A stretch of DNA of 64,000 bases, from contig JACPCL010000029.1 in NCBI GenBank assembly GCA_016179765.1, positions 10,333 to 74,332 of the forward strand, written 5' to 3'. Positions 8,971 through 15,335 of this stretch are shown in pieces. Every line of letters begins with the position of its first letter. Position 1 is the stretch's first letter. Source of the stretch: Chloroflexota bacterium. Lineage in GTDB: Bacteria; Chloroflexota; Dehalococcoidia; Lucifugimonadales; JACPCL1. The notes below the pieces were generated by a model that made no database searches, was not told the DNA's origin, and was given only the letters and a program-made list of their open reading frames with translations. Position numbers and translations under genes: made by a program.

Positions 8971-9034
8971 CCGTAGGGGCGAACCGGTGTGTTCGCCCTG
9001 CGCCCTGGGCCGACACATCGGTCGGCCCCTACGG
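8971..9034. repeat. Composite REP palindrome (GTAGGGGC...GCCCCTAC family)
   Basis: ccgtaggggc...gcccctacgg outer arms enclose two 8-bp hairpins (GGGCGAAC/GTTCGCCC and GGGCCGAC/GTCGGCCC). Confidence 0.75.
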
Positions 9035-9120
9035 AGGAGATCTTCTGGATAGCCGTGCGAATTGGCAAGCCGATTGTAGACAGGTGGTGTGCCGTGAGCA
9101 GCAGGAAAGGTGTCCCGGCC

Positions 9121-9390
9121 ATGGATACGTTACCCGAGTACTTCCCCTACAAGGACGACGGTTGCGAGGTGTCGCCCACGTGCCTGCGGTGCCCGCTGCC
9201 CCAATGCAAGTATGATGACCCCGGCTGGCTGGCCCGGGTCCGAAGGGACCTCCGCGACCGGCAAGTGGTGGAGGCCCGCCGCTGCGGCGACGTCACCATC
9301 GGCGACCTGGCGCGGCGGTTTGGGCTGAGCGTGAGGACGGTGCACCGGATACTGGGGAAGGGGCAGGAGAATGGGAAGTCCGACGCATGA
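9121..9390 (+). CDS. Cys-rich N-terminus + helix-turn-helix protein (phage-type regulator or small DNA-binding protein)
   Basis: 89 aa from ATG 9121: C-x6-C-x2-C-x4-C cluster (CEVSPTCLRCPLPQC), then IGDLARRFGLSVRTVHRIL HTH. Confidence 0.55.
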   Translation: MDTLPEYFPYKDDGCEVSPTCLRCPLPQCKYDDPGWLARVRRDLRDRQVVEARRCGDVTIGDLARRFGLSVRTVHRILGKGQENGKSDA

Positions 9391-9431
9391 GAGTAGGGGC
9401 AGGTTTGAACCCTGCCCCTACGTTCCCCATT

Positions 9432-9561
9432 GTCATGCTGAGGAGTCCCAATGGCATCGGGAGGACGAAGCATCTAGGGCGCACGGTGAGGTAGGCATCC
9501 GCCTTAGATGCTTCGCGATGTTCGTCCCGATGGGAATCGGCACTCACTCGCTCAGCATGAC
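9432..9561. mobile_element. MITE-like element, family with GTCAT(G/T)(C/G)(T/C)GAGG termini
   Basis: 130 bp bounded by gtcatgctgagg ... gctcagcatgac (11/12 inverted), with internal inverted repeat gacgaagcatcta/tagatgcttcgcg. Confidence 0.65.
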
Positions 9562-9660
9562 AGGAAGGGCTACGGTATTAGTGTCCGCGTGATGCACGAA
9601 TACTGGCAAAGCGTCTCTGGAATAGGAGCCGAATAGTACTCATCTCAGTGCAAGGAGTTG

Positions 9661-9696
9661 CAGCTAAAGAAAAGTAGCGTCCTTGCAGACGCTACT
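9661..9696 (-). terminator. Intrinsic terminator of the tRNA-like/micro-ORF unit
   Basis: Minus strand: AGTAGCGTC tgcaag GACGCTACT followed by TTTCTTT. Confidence 0.65.
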
Positions 9697-9721
9697 CAAA
9701 TCACAATTGTAATAATTAGAA

Positions 9722-9775
9722 TTACTTACTATGTTTTACATTTATAACAATGTGAATGGTGATAATCCAAATCAT
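9722..9775 (-). CDS. Candidate 17-aa hydrophobic micro-ORF MIWIITIHIVINVKHSK
   Basis: Hand-translated minus strand. AAAGGAG lies 4 nt upstream of the ATG; the stop TAA is followed 25 nt later by the terminator. Below the ORF-track length cutoff, in AT-rich DNA. Confidence 0.25.
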   Translation of the reverse strand: MIWIITIHIVINVKHSK

Positions 9776-9842
9776 ATCGCTCCTTTCTCGCTGAATATTC
9801 TTTCCTCCTTTCTGCCTCAGCGGAGCTTAATAGCACAATTAC

Positions 9843-9962
9843 CTGGTGGGGCCGGAGGGACTCGAACCCTCACGGAGCTTGCGCCCCACTCCCTTAGACT
9901 GGGTCTAAGCCCAAGCTTAGGCTCACTCCAAGGGAAGCGCGTCTGCCATTTCGCCACAGCCC
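9843..9962 (-). tRNA. tRNA-Leu-like (type II) gene, 120 nt, with a 39-nt sequence in place of the 7-nt anticodon loop; function or pseudogene status unknown
   Basis: Hand fold: acceptor GGGGCTG/CGGCCCC, D arm GCG-AAATGGCAGA-CGC, stem CTTCC/GGGAG closing a 39-nt insert, variable arm T-GGGGC-GCAA-GCTCC-GT, T arm GAGGG-TTCGAGT-CCCTC, A73, encoded CCA. Confidence 0.55.
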
Positions 9963-9972
9963 CATCAGGACT

Positions 9973-10001
9973 GATTGTACCACAACGTTCAAGTTCTGTC
10001 A
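9973..10001 (-). promoter_or_regulatory. Near-consensus sigma70 promoter TTGACA-17-TACAAT for the tRNA-like gene
   Basis: Minus-strand reading cTTGACAgaacttgaacgttgtggTACAATcagtcctgat, then the GGGGCTG 5' end of the tRNA-like gene. Confidence 0.7.
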
Positions 10002-10111
10002 AGTAGACTTTGAAAATTGTACAAAATGAACGCATACATATTGATTATTTGCAGATGTATTTCATTCAGGAGTAAGTCATATCGGGATGTTTTCGCATTG
10101 GAGATGCAATT

Positions 10112-11416
10112 ATGAACACGCTACCCCTTCCCCAGCAGCTTGAGCGCATGGACGCGGAGCGCCTGCGCCGCTACCAGGAGCACCTGGCCTTCTACAGCGG
10201 TCGTCAGTGGGTGGGGCGTGCCCGCCCCGGTGAGCGGCGCCTGACGTTCAACTACGCCAAGGCCATCGTGGACAAGCTGGCGTCCTACGTGATGAGCGGC
10301 GTGAGCGTGGCCGTGGAGCCGTGGGACGCCTCAACCGAGGCCGCCGAGCGGGCCCGGCGCGCCCAGGAGGCGCTGCGCCAGGTCTATCAGGAGAACGCCC
10401 TGGAGACCCTGGACCTGGACACCGAGCTGGACGCCTCCATCCTGGGCGATGGGGCCTTCAAGGTAACGTGGGACGCCGATGCCGCACGGGTACGCGTGAC
10501 GTCGCCGGACGTGCAGGGCCTCTTCGCCTGGTGGCAGCCGGACGACCCTTCCCGCCTGTGGCGGGTCGCCAGCCGCTACCGACTGTCGTCGGAGGAGGCG
10601 TCGGCTCTGTACGCCATAGAGTCGCCTGTCCCAGGGCAGCCCCAGGGACAGGTCACGGTGGTGGAGGCATGGACAGGGGATGCCTTCCAGCTTTGGGCCG
10701 GCAACCATATGATCCGGGAGTCGCCGAACCTTTACGGCTTCATCCCCTTTGTGCTGTTCCCCAACCTGCGGGTGCCCAAGGCCTTCTGGGGGGAGTCGGA
10801 CCTGCCCGCCCTGGTGGAGCCGGCGCGGGAACTGAACCGGGCGCTGTCGCAGCTTTCGGCCATCGTGGAGCTTTCGGGCAACCCCATCGCCGTGCTGGAG
10901 GGCGTGGAACGGGCCGAGGACATCGCCGTGCAGCCCGGCGCGGTGTGGGAGCTGCCGGAGCGGGCGCGGGCGTACCTGCTGGACCTTCTCCAGGGAGGCG
11001 GCGTGAAGCTGCACATTGACTTCATTGACCTGGTGTACCGGGCCATCCACGACATCTCGGAAGCGCCGCGGACGAGCTTTGGCGATAACCCCAAGGCCCT
11101 CTCTGGCGTGGCGCTGGAGATGGAGATGAACCCGCTCATGCAGCGGGTGCGGCGCAAGCGGCTGGTGCGCTCCGCCGCCTACCAGCGCCGCAACGAGATG
11201 GTCCTGCGCCTGCTGGAACAGCACACGAGGGTGTCCTACCTGCCGGTGCGTCAGGAGATGGTGTGGGGGCCGGTGCTGCCCCAGGACCGGGGCCGCCTGG
11301 TGCGGGACGAGGCGCTGCTGGTGGGGGCTGGCCTGCACAGCAAGCGCACGGCCATGGAGGCGCTGGGGGTGCGGGATGTGGAGGGGGAGGTGGGGAGGAT
11401 ACGGGGGGAGGGGTGA
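10112..11416 (+). CDS. Phage portal protein (SPP1 gp6-like)
   Basis: 434 aa. The N-terminal pattern RYQEHLAFYSGRQW...RLTFNYAKAIVDKLASYVMSG and overall size fit the portal family. GGAG lies 8 nt before the ATG. Confidence 0.7.
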   Translation: MNTLPLPQQLERMDAERLRRYQEHLAFYSGRQWVGRARPGERRLTFNYAKAIVDKLASYVMSGVSVAVEPWDASTEAAERARRAQEALRQVYQENALETLDLDTELDASILGDGAFKVTWDADAARVRVTSPDVQGLFAWWQPDDPSRLWRVASRYRLSSEEASALYAIESPVPGQPQGQVTVVEAWTGDAFQLWAGNHMIRESPNLYGFIPFVLFPNLRVPKAFWGESDLPALVEPARELNRALSQLSAIVELSGNPIAVLEGVERAEDIAVQPGAVWELPERARAYLLDLLQGGGVKLHIDFIDLVYRAIHDISEAPRTSFGDNPKALSGVALEMEMNPLMQRVRRKRLVRSAAYQRRNEMVLRLLEQHTRVSYLPVRQEMVWGPVLPQDRGRLVRDEALLVGAGLHSKRTAMEALGVRDVEGEVGRIRGEG

Positions 11417-11425
11417 GGGCAATCG

Positions 11426-11454
11426 TTGCTGGTAGGAAACTTATGTGCGAGAAT
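11426..11454 (+). promoter_or_regulatory. Possible promoter TTGCTG-17-(TGc)GAGAAT for the DUF433 operon
   Basis: Read directly 23 nt upstream of ATG 11477. Weak -35, extended -10 TG. Confidence 0.3.
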
Positions 11455-11476
11455 AGGGCGCACTGAAGGAGACCAC

Positions 11477-12166
11477 ATGTCCAACTATGTAGGGATATAC
11501 CAGATGGCCGAAGCCAGCAGGTATCTCTCCATCACCGCCCCGAAGACAAAGCCTGGGTATCCGACAGTACGTAGATGGGTGAGGAGCGGCGTCTTGCTTA
11601 ACAGTGAGCTTGATCGAAAAGAAGTGGAGGTAGTACTCTCTTTTGAGGACTTAATTTCGCTCCGGATGATTGTTGCCCTAAGACTGGCAGGTTTCTCTCT
11701 TCAGCACATACGTAAGGTTCACTTGTGGCTCCAGAATGAAGTCACGCATTACCCGCGCCCCTTTGCCTTGAGGGACCTTTGGGTAAGTACCACAGATGTC
11801 TTTGTAAGAATGGAGGGAGCTTTCCTGTCGGCCTCTAGGCAAGGACAGTTTGCCCTAGAGTTTATCAAAGATTGGCTACGTGAACTTCGTAGGCCTGATA
11901 CAGGCCCGCTTGATCTCACTTTTGAGAAGTTTGATGGCAAAGAACGGGCAATCGCTTGGAGTCCTCACGCACACATCGCCTTGAACCCCAAGATTCAGTT
12001 TGGCTCCCCCTGCATCAGTGGGACGAGAATACCCACCTACAGCGTCTGGGGAATGCACCGCGCTGGAACCCCAGAAATCACCATAGCCAACGACTATAAA
12101 GTCCCTGTAGATGCAGTTAAAGCGGCCATTGATTGGGAGCAGAAGATTGACAGGCTCGCAGCCTGA
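11477..12166 (+). CDS. HTH + DUF433 domain protein (putative antitoxin)
   Basis: 229 aa from ATG 11477 (AAGGAG RBS). N-terminal MerR/excisionase-like HTH (MAEASRYLSI...PTVRRWVRSGVL); C-terminal DUF433 pattern GSPCISGTRIPTYSVW... Confidence 0.65.
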   Translation: MSNYVGIYQMAEASRYLSITAPKTKPGYPTVRRWVRSGVLLNSELDRKEVEVVLSFEDLISLRMIVALRLAGFSLQHIRKVHLWLQNEVTHYPRPFALRDLWVSTTDVFVRMEGAFLSASRQGQFALEFIKDWLRELRRPDTGPLDLTFEKFDGKERAIAWSPHAHIALNPKIQFGSPCISGTRIPTYSVWGMHRAGTPEITIANDYKVPVDAVKAAIDWEQKIDRLAA

Positions 12167-12179
12167 TCCTTCAACAGTC

Positions 12180-12572
12180 GTGGTTCTCCTGGACGCGAGC
12201 TTAGCCGACAGGCCCGTGGCGGCTGCCCTCAGACTTGTTGACTATTCCAATGCTGTGGCTGTGTCTGACCGGTTTGGTGAAGGGGTGGAGGACCCGATCG
12301 TGATACAGTGGCTTGGCCTTCAAGGGGGCCTCTGGGTCACGATGGATGAGAGGGCGAGACATCGGCATGCCGCTGTGATTGAGCAATCGGGCATCCATGT
12401 TCTTTGGGTTCGTCGCCCTAAATCTGGCATGAGCAAGAGGCAGCAGCTTTATCTCCTCCTCGGCGTCCTCGACAGCGTCCTCGAACAGATCAAAAGAACC
12501 CGTCTTAATCAAAGCCTGAGATTTCTCGCCAAATATAGTGGTGAGAGGCCAAGAGTAGAACGGTTGCAGTAA
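12180..12572 (+). CDS. DUF5615/PIN-like (Mut7-C-type) putative toxin
   Basis: About 130 aa starting VVLLDASL... (family typically starts MxxLLDENL), with LWVTMDERA. GTG 12180 is the first plausible start after the DUF433 stop at 12166. Lower GC than flanks. Confidence 0.5.
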   Translation: MVLLDASLADRPVAAALRLVDYSNAVAVSDRFGEGVEDPIVIQWLGLQGGLWVTMDERARHRHAAVIEQSGIHVLWVRRPKSGMSKRQQLYLLLGVLDSVLEQIKRTRLNQSLRFLAKYSGERPRVERLQ

Positions 12573-12726
12573 CCCTTCCCTCTTCACCCCCTCCTCTAGA
12601 ACCTGCTGCACCCAGTAGGGCAGACGCGTCGCAGCACGCGCTGTTAGAGACGTCAGTTCTCGTAGCATGGCGCGCCAGCCGATGACACGGGTCCGCAACG
12701 GTCCGTTAGGAGGCCGGCTTCTGCCC

Positions 12727-13734
12727 CTACCTGGGCAGCCCCTTGCCGCCGGCAAGCATGGCTGCCAATTTGATGGCCTCCACCATGCTGACCGCCTGGG
12801 CGACGCCCTTGCCGGCGATGTCAAAGGCCGTGCCGTGGTCCACCGAGGTGCGCACCAGGGGCAGGCCCAGGTTCACGCTGACGCTCTCCTCAAAGCCGTG
12901 CACCTTCACGGGGATGTGCCCCTGGTCGTGGTACATGCACAGCACCGCATCGTACTTGCCGTCAATGGCCTGGTTGAAGATGATGTCCGCCGGCACGGGG
13001 CCGGTGGCAAGGATGCCCAGGGCGCGGGCGTCGTTGACGGCTGGCTCAATCTGGGTGGCCTCTTCGTCACCCAGGAGGCCGCCGTCGGAGCCGTGGGGGT
13101 TGAGGGCGGCGACGCCAATGCGCGGCTGCGGGAACCCCCACTGCTTGAAATAGTCGTCCGTCAGCTTCAGCTTGCCCAGGATGTTGTCGCGGGTCACGGC
13201 GTCGCAGGCGCGGCGCAGGGAGCGGTGGGTGGTGAGGTGGACGACGCGGAGGGCGCCGGAGATGAGCATAGTGGCGACGTTGCTTGCCCTGGTCATGGCC
13301 TGGAGGAGCTCCATGTGGCCAATCTCCTTGTAGCCAGCAAGGGACGCCGCCTCCTTGTTGACAGGGGCTGTGGCCATGGCGCTGACGCCGCCGCCCAGGC
13401 AGAGGCGGCCCGCCAGCTCTACCCACTGCATGCACGCCTTGCCTGCGACGGGGGATACCTGGCCCAGGGCCACGTCCTCGTAGTTCAGGTTGTGGGGGTC
13501 AAGGACGGAGACGACGCCGTGGGCAGGGTCTACGTCGCCCGGATGCTGTGCCTCCCGTACGGAGAGGCGCGCCCTGGAGATGGCAACGCCATGCTGCATT
13601 GCCTGGGCGCTGCCGATGACCAGGGGCAGGCAGAGGTCACGCACCTCTTTGAGGGCGAGGGCCTTGGCGACCACCTCCGGGCCAATGCCGCAGGGGTCTC
13701 CCATGGTAATGGCGATGACGGGTAGCTGGGACAT
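12727..13734 (-). CDS. pdxA: 4-hydroxythreonine-4-phosphate dehydrogenase family (PdxA/PdxA2)
   Basis: MSQLPVIAITMGDPCGIGPEVV..., HTSVDHGTAFDIAG-type C-terminal motif (RTSVDHGTAFDIAGKG). AAGGAG RBS. Confidence 0.85.
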   Translation of the reverse strand: MSQLPVIAITMGDPCGIGPEVVAKALALKEVRDLCLPLVIGSAQAMQHGVAISRARLSVREAQHPGDVDPAHGVVSVLDPHNLNYEDVALGQVSPVAGKACMQWVELAGRLCLGGGVSAMATAPVNKEAASLAGYKEIGHMELLQAMTRASNVATMLISGALRVVHLTTHRSLRRACDAVTRDNILGKLKLTDDYFKQWGFPQPRIGVAALNPHGSDGGLLGDEEATQIEPAVNDARALGILATGPVPADIIFNQAIDGKYDAVLCMYHDQGHIPVKVHGFEESVSVNLGLPLVRTSVDHGTAFDIAGKGVAQAVSMVEAIKLAAMLAGGKGLPR

Positions 13735-13989
13735 GGTGCTGCTCCTTGCATGGGCCGCGCCAAGGGCATTGCCCTAGGCGAACCCTGCGATGGTGATGAC
13801 CGCATGGGCAGGGGCCTGGCGTTGTAGAAACCTCAGGGGGGCATTGCCCGGTCAATTACGAATTGGCTGTTGGCGAAGCTGGTTTGTCCCGCCCTCCCGC
13901 CCGCAAAGGTCTTGTAGGGGACGCCCCTAGAACCCCGGGCAAGGGGCAGCGCCCCTTGCCAATCCACTGTCATTTGTTGGCCGAGGCTC

Positions 13990-14949
13990 TCAGGGGGCGA
14001 GGGGTAGCTGGGCGCCCAGGCCGCGCTCCTTGGCCTTGGCGTAGACGTAGGCCGCAGCGGCGACGTCGCTGACGGCGATGCCCTGGGACTCAAACAGGGT
14101 GATGTCGCTGTCGGCGTGGCGGCCCTGGATGCGGCCCACGGCCACTGACGCCAACTCATGAATCTGGTCCCAGCGGATGACGCCCCGCTCTATGGGGTAG
14201 AGCAGGTCGCCGGCCTCCACCTGGGCGTCGGGAATGCTGTCCACCACCACAACGTTGGCGCGGCGGATAACGTCGTCGTCCACCTCGCGGCGAATCCAGT
14301 GGTTGCTGCCCGCAGCGTTGACGTGCTGCCCCGCTTCTAGCCAGGCTCCCAGCAGCACTGGCTCTCTGGCGGTGGTCATGGTGATGGCGATGTCCACGCC
14401 CTTGACGCACTCCTGGGCGGTGGCGGCCTGGGCCACCTCTATGCCCAGGGCCGCAGACATCTCCTGGCAGAACTTCTTGCAGGCCTCCTCCACGCGGTCG
14501 TAGGCCTTGACGCGCCGGATGGGGCGGACGGCGCAGACGCCTTCAAGCTGCGCCCGACCCTGGAAGCCGGCGCCGATGATGCCGACGGTGGCTGCGTTCT
14601 GCCGGGCCATGTACCTGGTGGCCACGGCGCTGACGGCTCCGGTGCGCATCTGGGAGCACCGTCCACCCTGGACAATGGCCAGGAGGTCGCCGGCCTCGCT
14701 ATCGTACAGGAGTGTGGTGAAGCGGGTTCCGGCGGAGAAGCTGGTGTAGGTCTTGAGGCCAAAGACCTTGCTGCCGAGGACGGCGGCGGCCATGAGGTGG
14801 TGGAAGCCCCGGGGCATACGGATGCGGGACCGGGGACGGTTCCAGGTGAGGCCGTTACCGGCCTGCTTGAATGCGTCGTCCACCACCTCTACGCACTCCT
14901 TCATTGTCATGAGTTGGTTGACCTCGGTATCTCCCAGCAGCAGCACCAT
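13990..14949 (-). CDS. Ornithine cyclodeaminase / mu-crystallin family protein
   Basis: 319 aa from ATG 14949 (AGGAGG RBS). MVLLLGDTEVNQLMTMKECVEVVDDAFK..., IIGAGFQGRAQL Rossmann motif. Confidence 0.85.
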   Translation of the reverse strand: MVLLLGDTEVNQLMTMKECVEVVDDAFKQAGNGLTWNRPRSRIRMPRGFHHLMAAAVLGSKVFGLKTYTSFSAGTRFTTLLYDSEAGDLLAIVQGGRCSQMRTGAVSAVATRYMARQNAATVGIIGAGFQGRAQLEGVCAVRPIRRVKAYDRVEEACKKFCQEMSAALGIEVAQAATAQECVKGVDIAITMTTAREPVLLGAWLEAGQHVNAAGSNHWIRREVDDDVIRRANVVVVDSIPDAQVEAGDLLYPIERGVIRWDQIHELASVAVGRIQGRHADSDITLFESQGIAVSDVAAAAYVYAKAKERGLGAQLPLAP

Positions 14950-15034
14950 GGGCTCTCCTCCTGTGTGCGGCTCCAATGCTGGGGCCAGTATACACCACCC
15001 GTAGCAAGGGCCACAGCCTGCCTGATTTGAGAGA

Positions 15035-15075
15035 GGTGTAGTGGGTGCATGGCTTTGCCATGCACCCACTACACC
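15035..15075. repeat. Perfect 19-bp hairpin
   Basis: GGTGTAGTGGGTGCATGGC ttt GCCATGCACCCACTACACC in the divergent region between the OCD-like gene and the cyclase gene. Confidence 0.85.
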
Positions 15076-15100
15076 TAGCCAACTCATAGAGAAAAGCCCA

Positions 15101-15109
15101 TGCTATAAT
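15101..15109 (+). promoter_or_regulatory. Extended -10 element TGcTATAAT
   Basis: Perfect TATAAT with upstream TG, 227 nt before the cyclase ATG. No good -35. Confidence 0.35.
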
Positions 15110-15335
15110 GGGTTTCGTTTCATCAGACGCTAATGCTCATGGATTAAGGAAAACCCTCTTGGGTGTTCGCGTAATGGGCGGCAGGGCTGTGCCAAGAGGA
15201 TGTTAGGTTGGGCATAGATCTGCGCCCAGGGAGAGAGGGAAGCCCCCTGGGGCTTCCTTGATAGCAAGATACGATGGGATGCTCTTTGAGGAGAGGCAAA
15301 CCACCTCCCGCGGGAGAACGTGAAGGAGGGATGCC

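Noticed and set aside
9722-9775. Ile-rich micro-ORF as an ilv-type attenuation leader peptide.
   Set aside because: Although it is followed by a terminator hairpin, no biosynthetic gene lies downstream on that strand (only a MITE and a convergent gene), and I could not see an alternative antiterminator pairing.
9843-9962. tRNA-like gene as tRNA-Sec (selC), considered because selB is in the window.
   Set aside because: There is no UCA anywhere in the RNA (no tga on the plus strand of this interval). The acceptor/T geometry is 7/5, not 8/5, and the D arm is the 3-bp Leu type rather than the 6-bp Sec type.
9843-9962. tRNA-like gene as tmRNA, or as part of a tmRNA together with the downstream micro-ORF.
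   Set aside because: It is far too short (120 nt). It has a normal D arm and lacks the G-U Ala identity pair. The ORF lies 3' of the CCA end with its own SD and ATG, unlike a tmRNA tag reading frame.
9731-10006. 91-aa plus-strand ORF in the low-GC island.
   Set aside because: It overlaps the tRNA-like gene and its promoter on the opposite strand. Its translation is unremarkable, there is no RBS, and it is probably an AT-rich chance ORF.
10331-11422. 363-aa minus-strand ORF covering the portal gene. Similar long antisense ORFs occur at 12667-13725(+), 22163-23170(-), 25574-26560(-), 28378-29547(+), 33676-34845(-), 37882-39246(-), 48967-50703(+), 51821-53083(-) and 60174-61283(-).
   Set aside because: These are typical high-GC shadow ORFs. 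Their translations are low-complexity and R/P/G/H/A-rich with no recognisable motifs, while the opposite strand encodes proteins with clear family signatures and RBS-supported starts.
6258-12726. Search for integrase, recombinase, transposase, major capsid, prohead protease or tail genes around the terminase/portal block and near both tRNA-type genes.
   Set aside because: No ORF in the track shows tyrosine/serine recombinase, DDE transposase, HK97-type capsid or protease motifs that I can recognise. The absence is therefore reported as an observation, not as a feature.
13990-15087. N-terminal extensions of track ORFs (this one, and also 4396-6246, 1885-3258, 32256-32876, 32839-34374, 26818-28002, 7492-8961 and 45452-46717).
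   Set aside because: The extensions run through REP/hairpin or promoter-like sequence, and internal ATG/GTG codons with good SD sequences coincide with the start of the conserved domains. I used the shorter starts.
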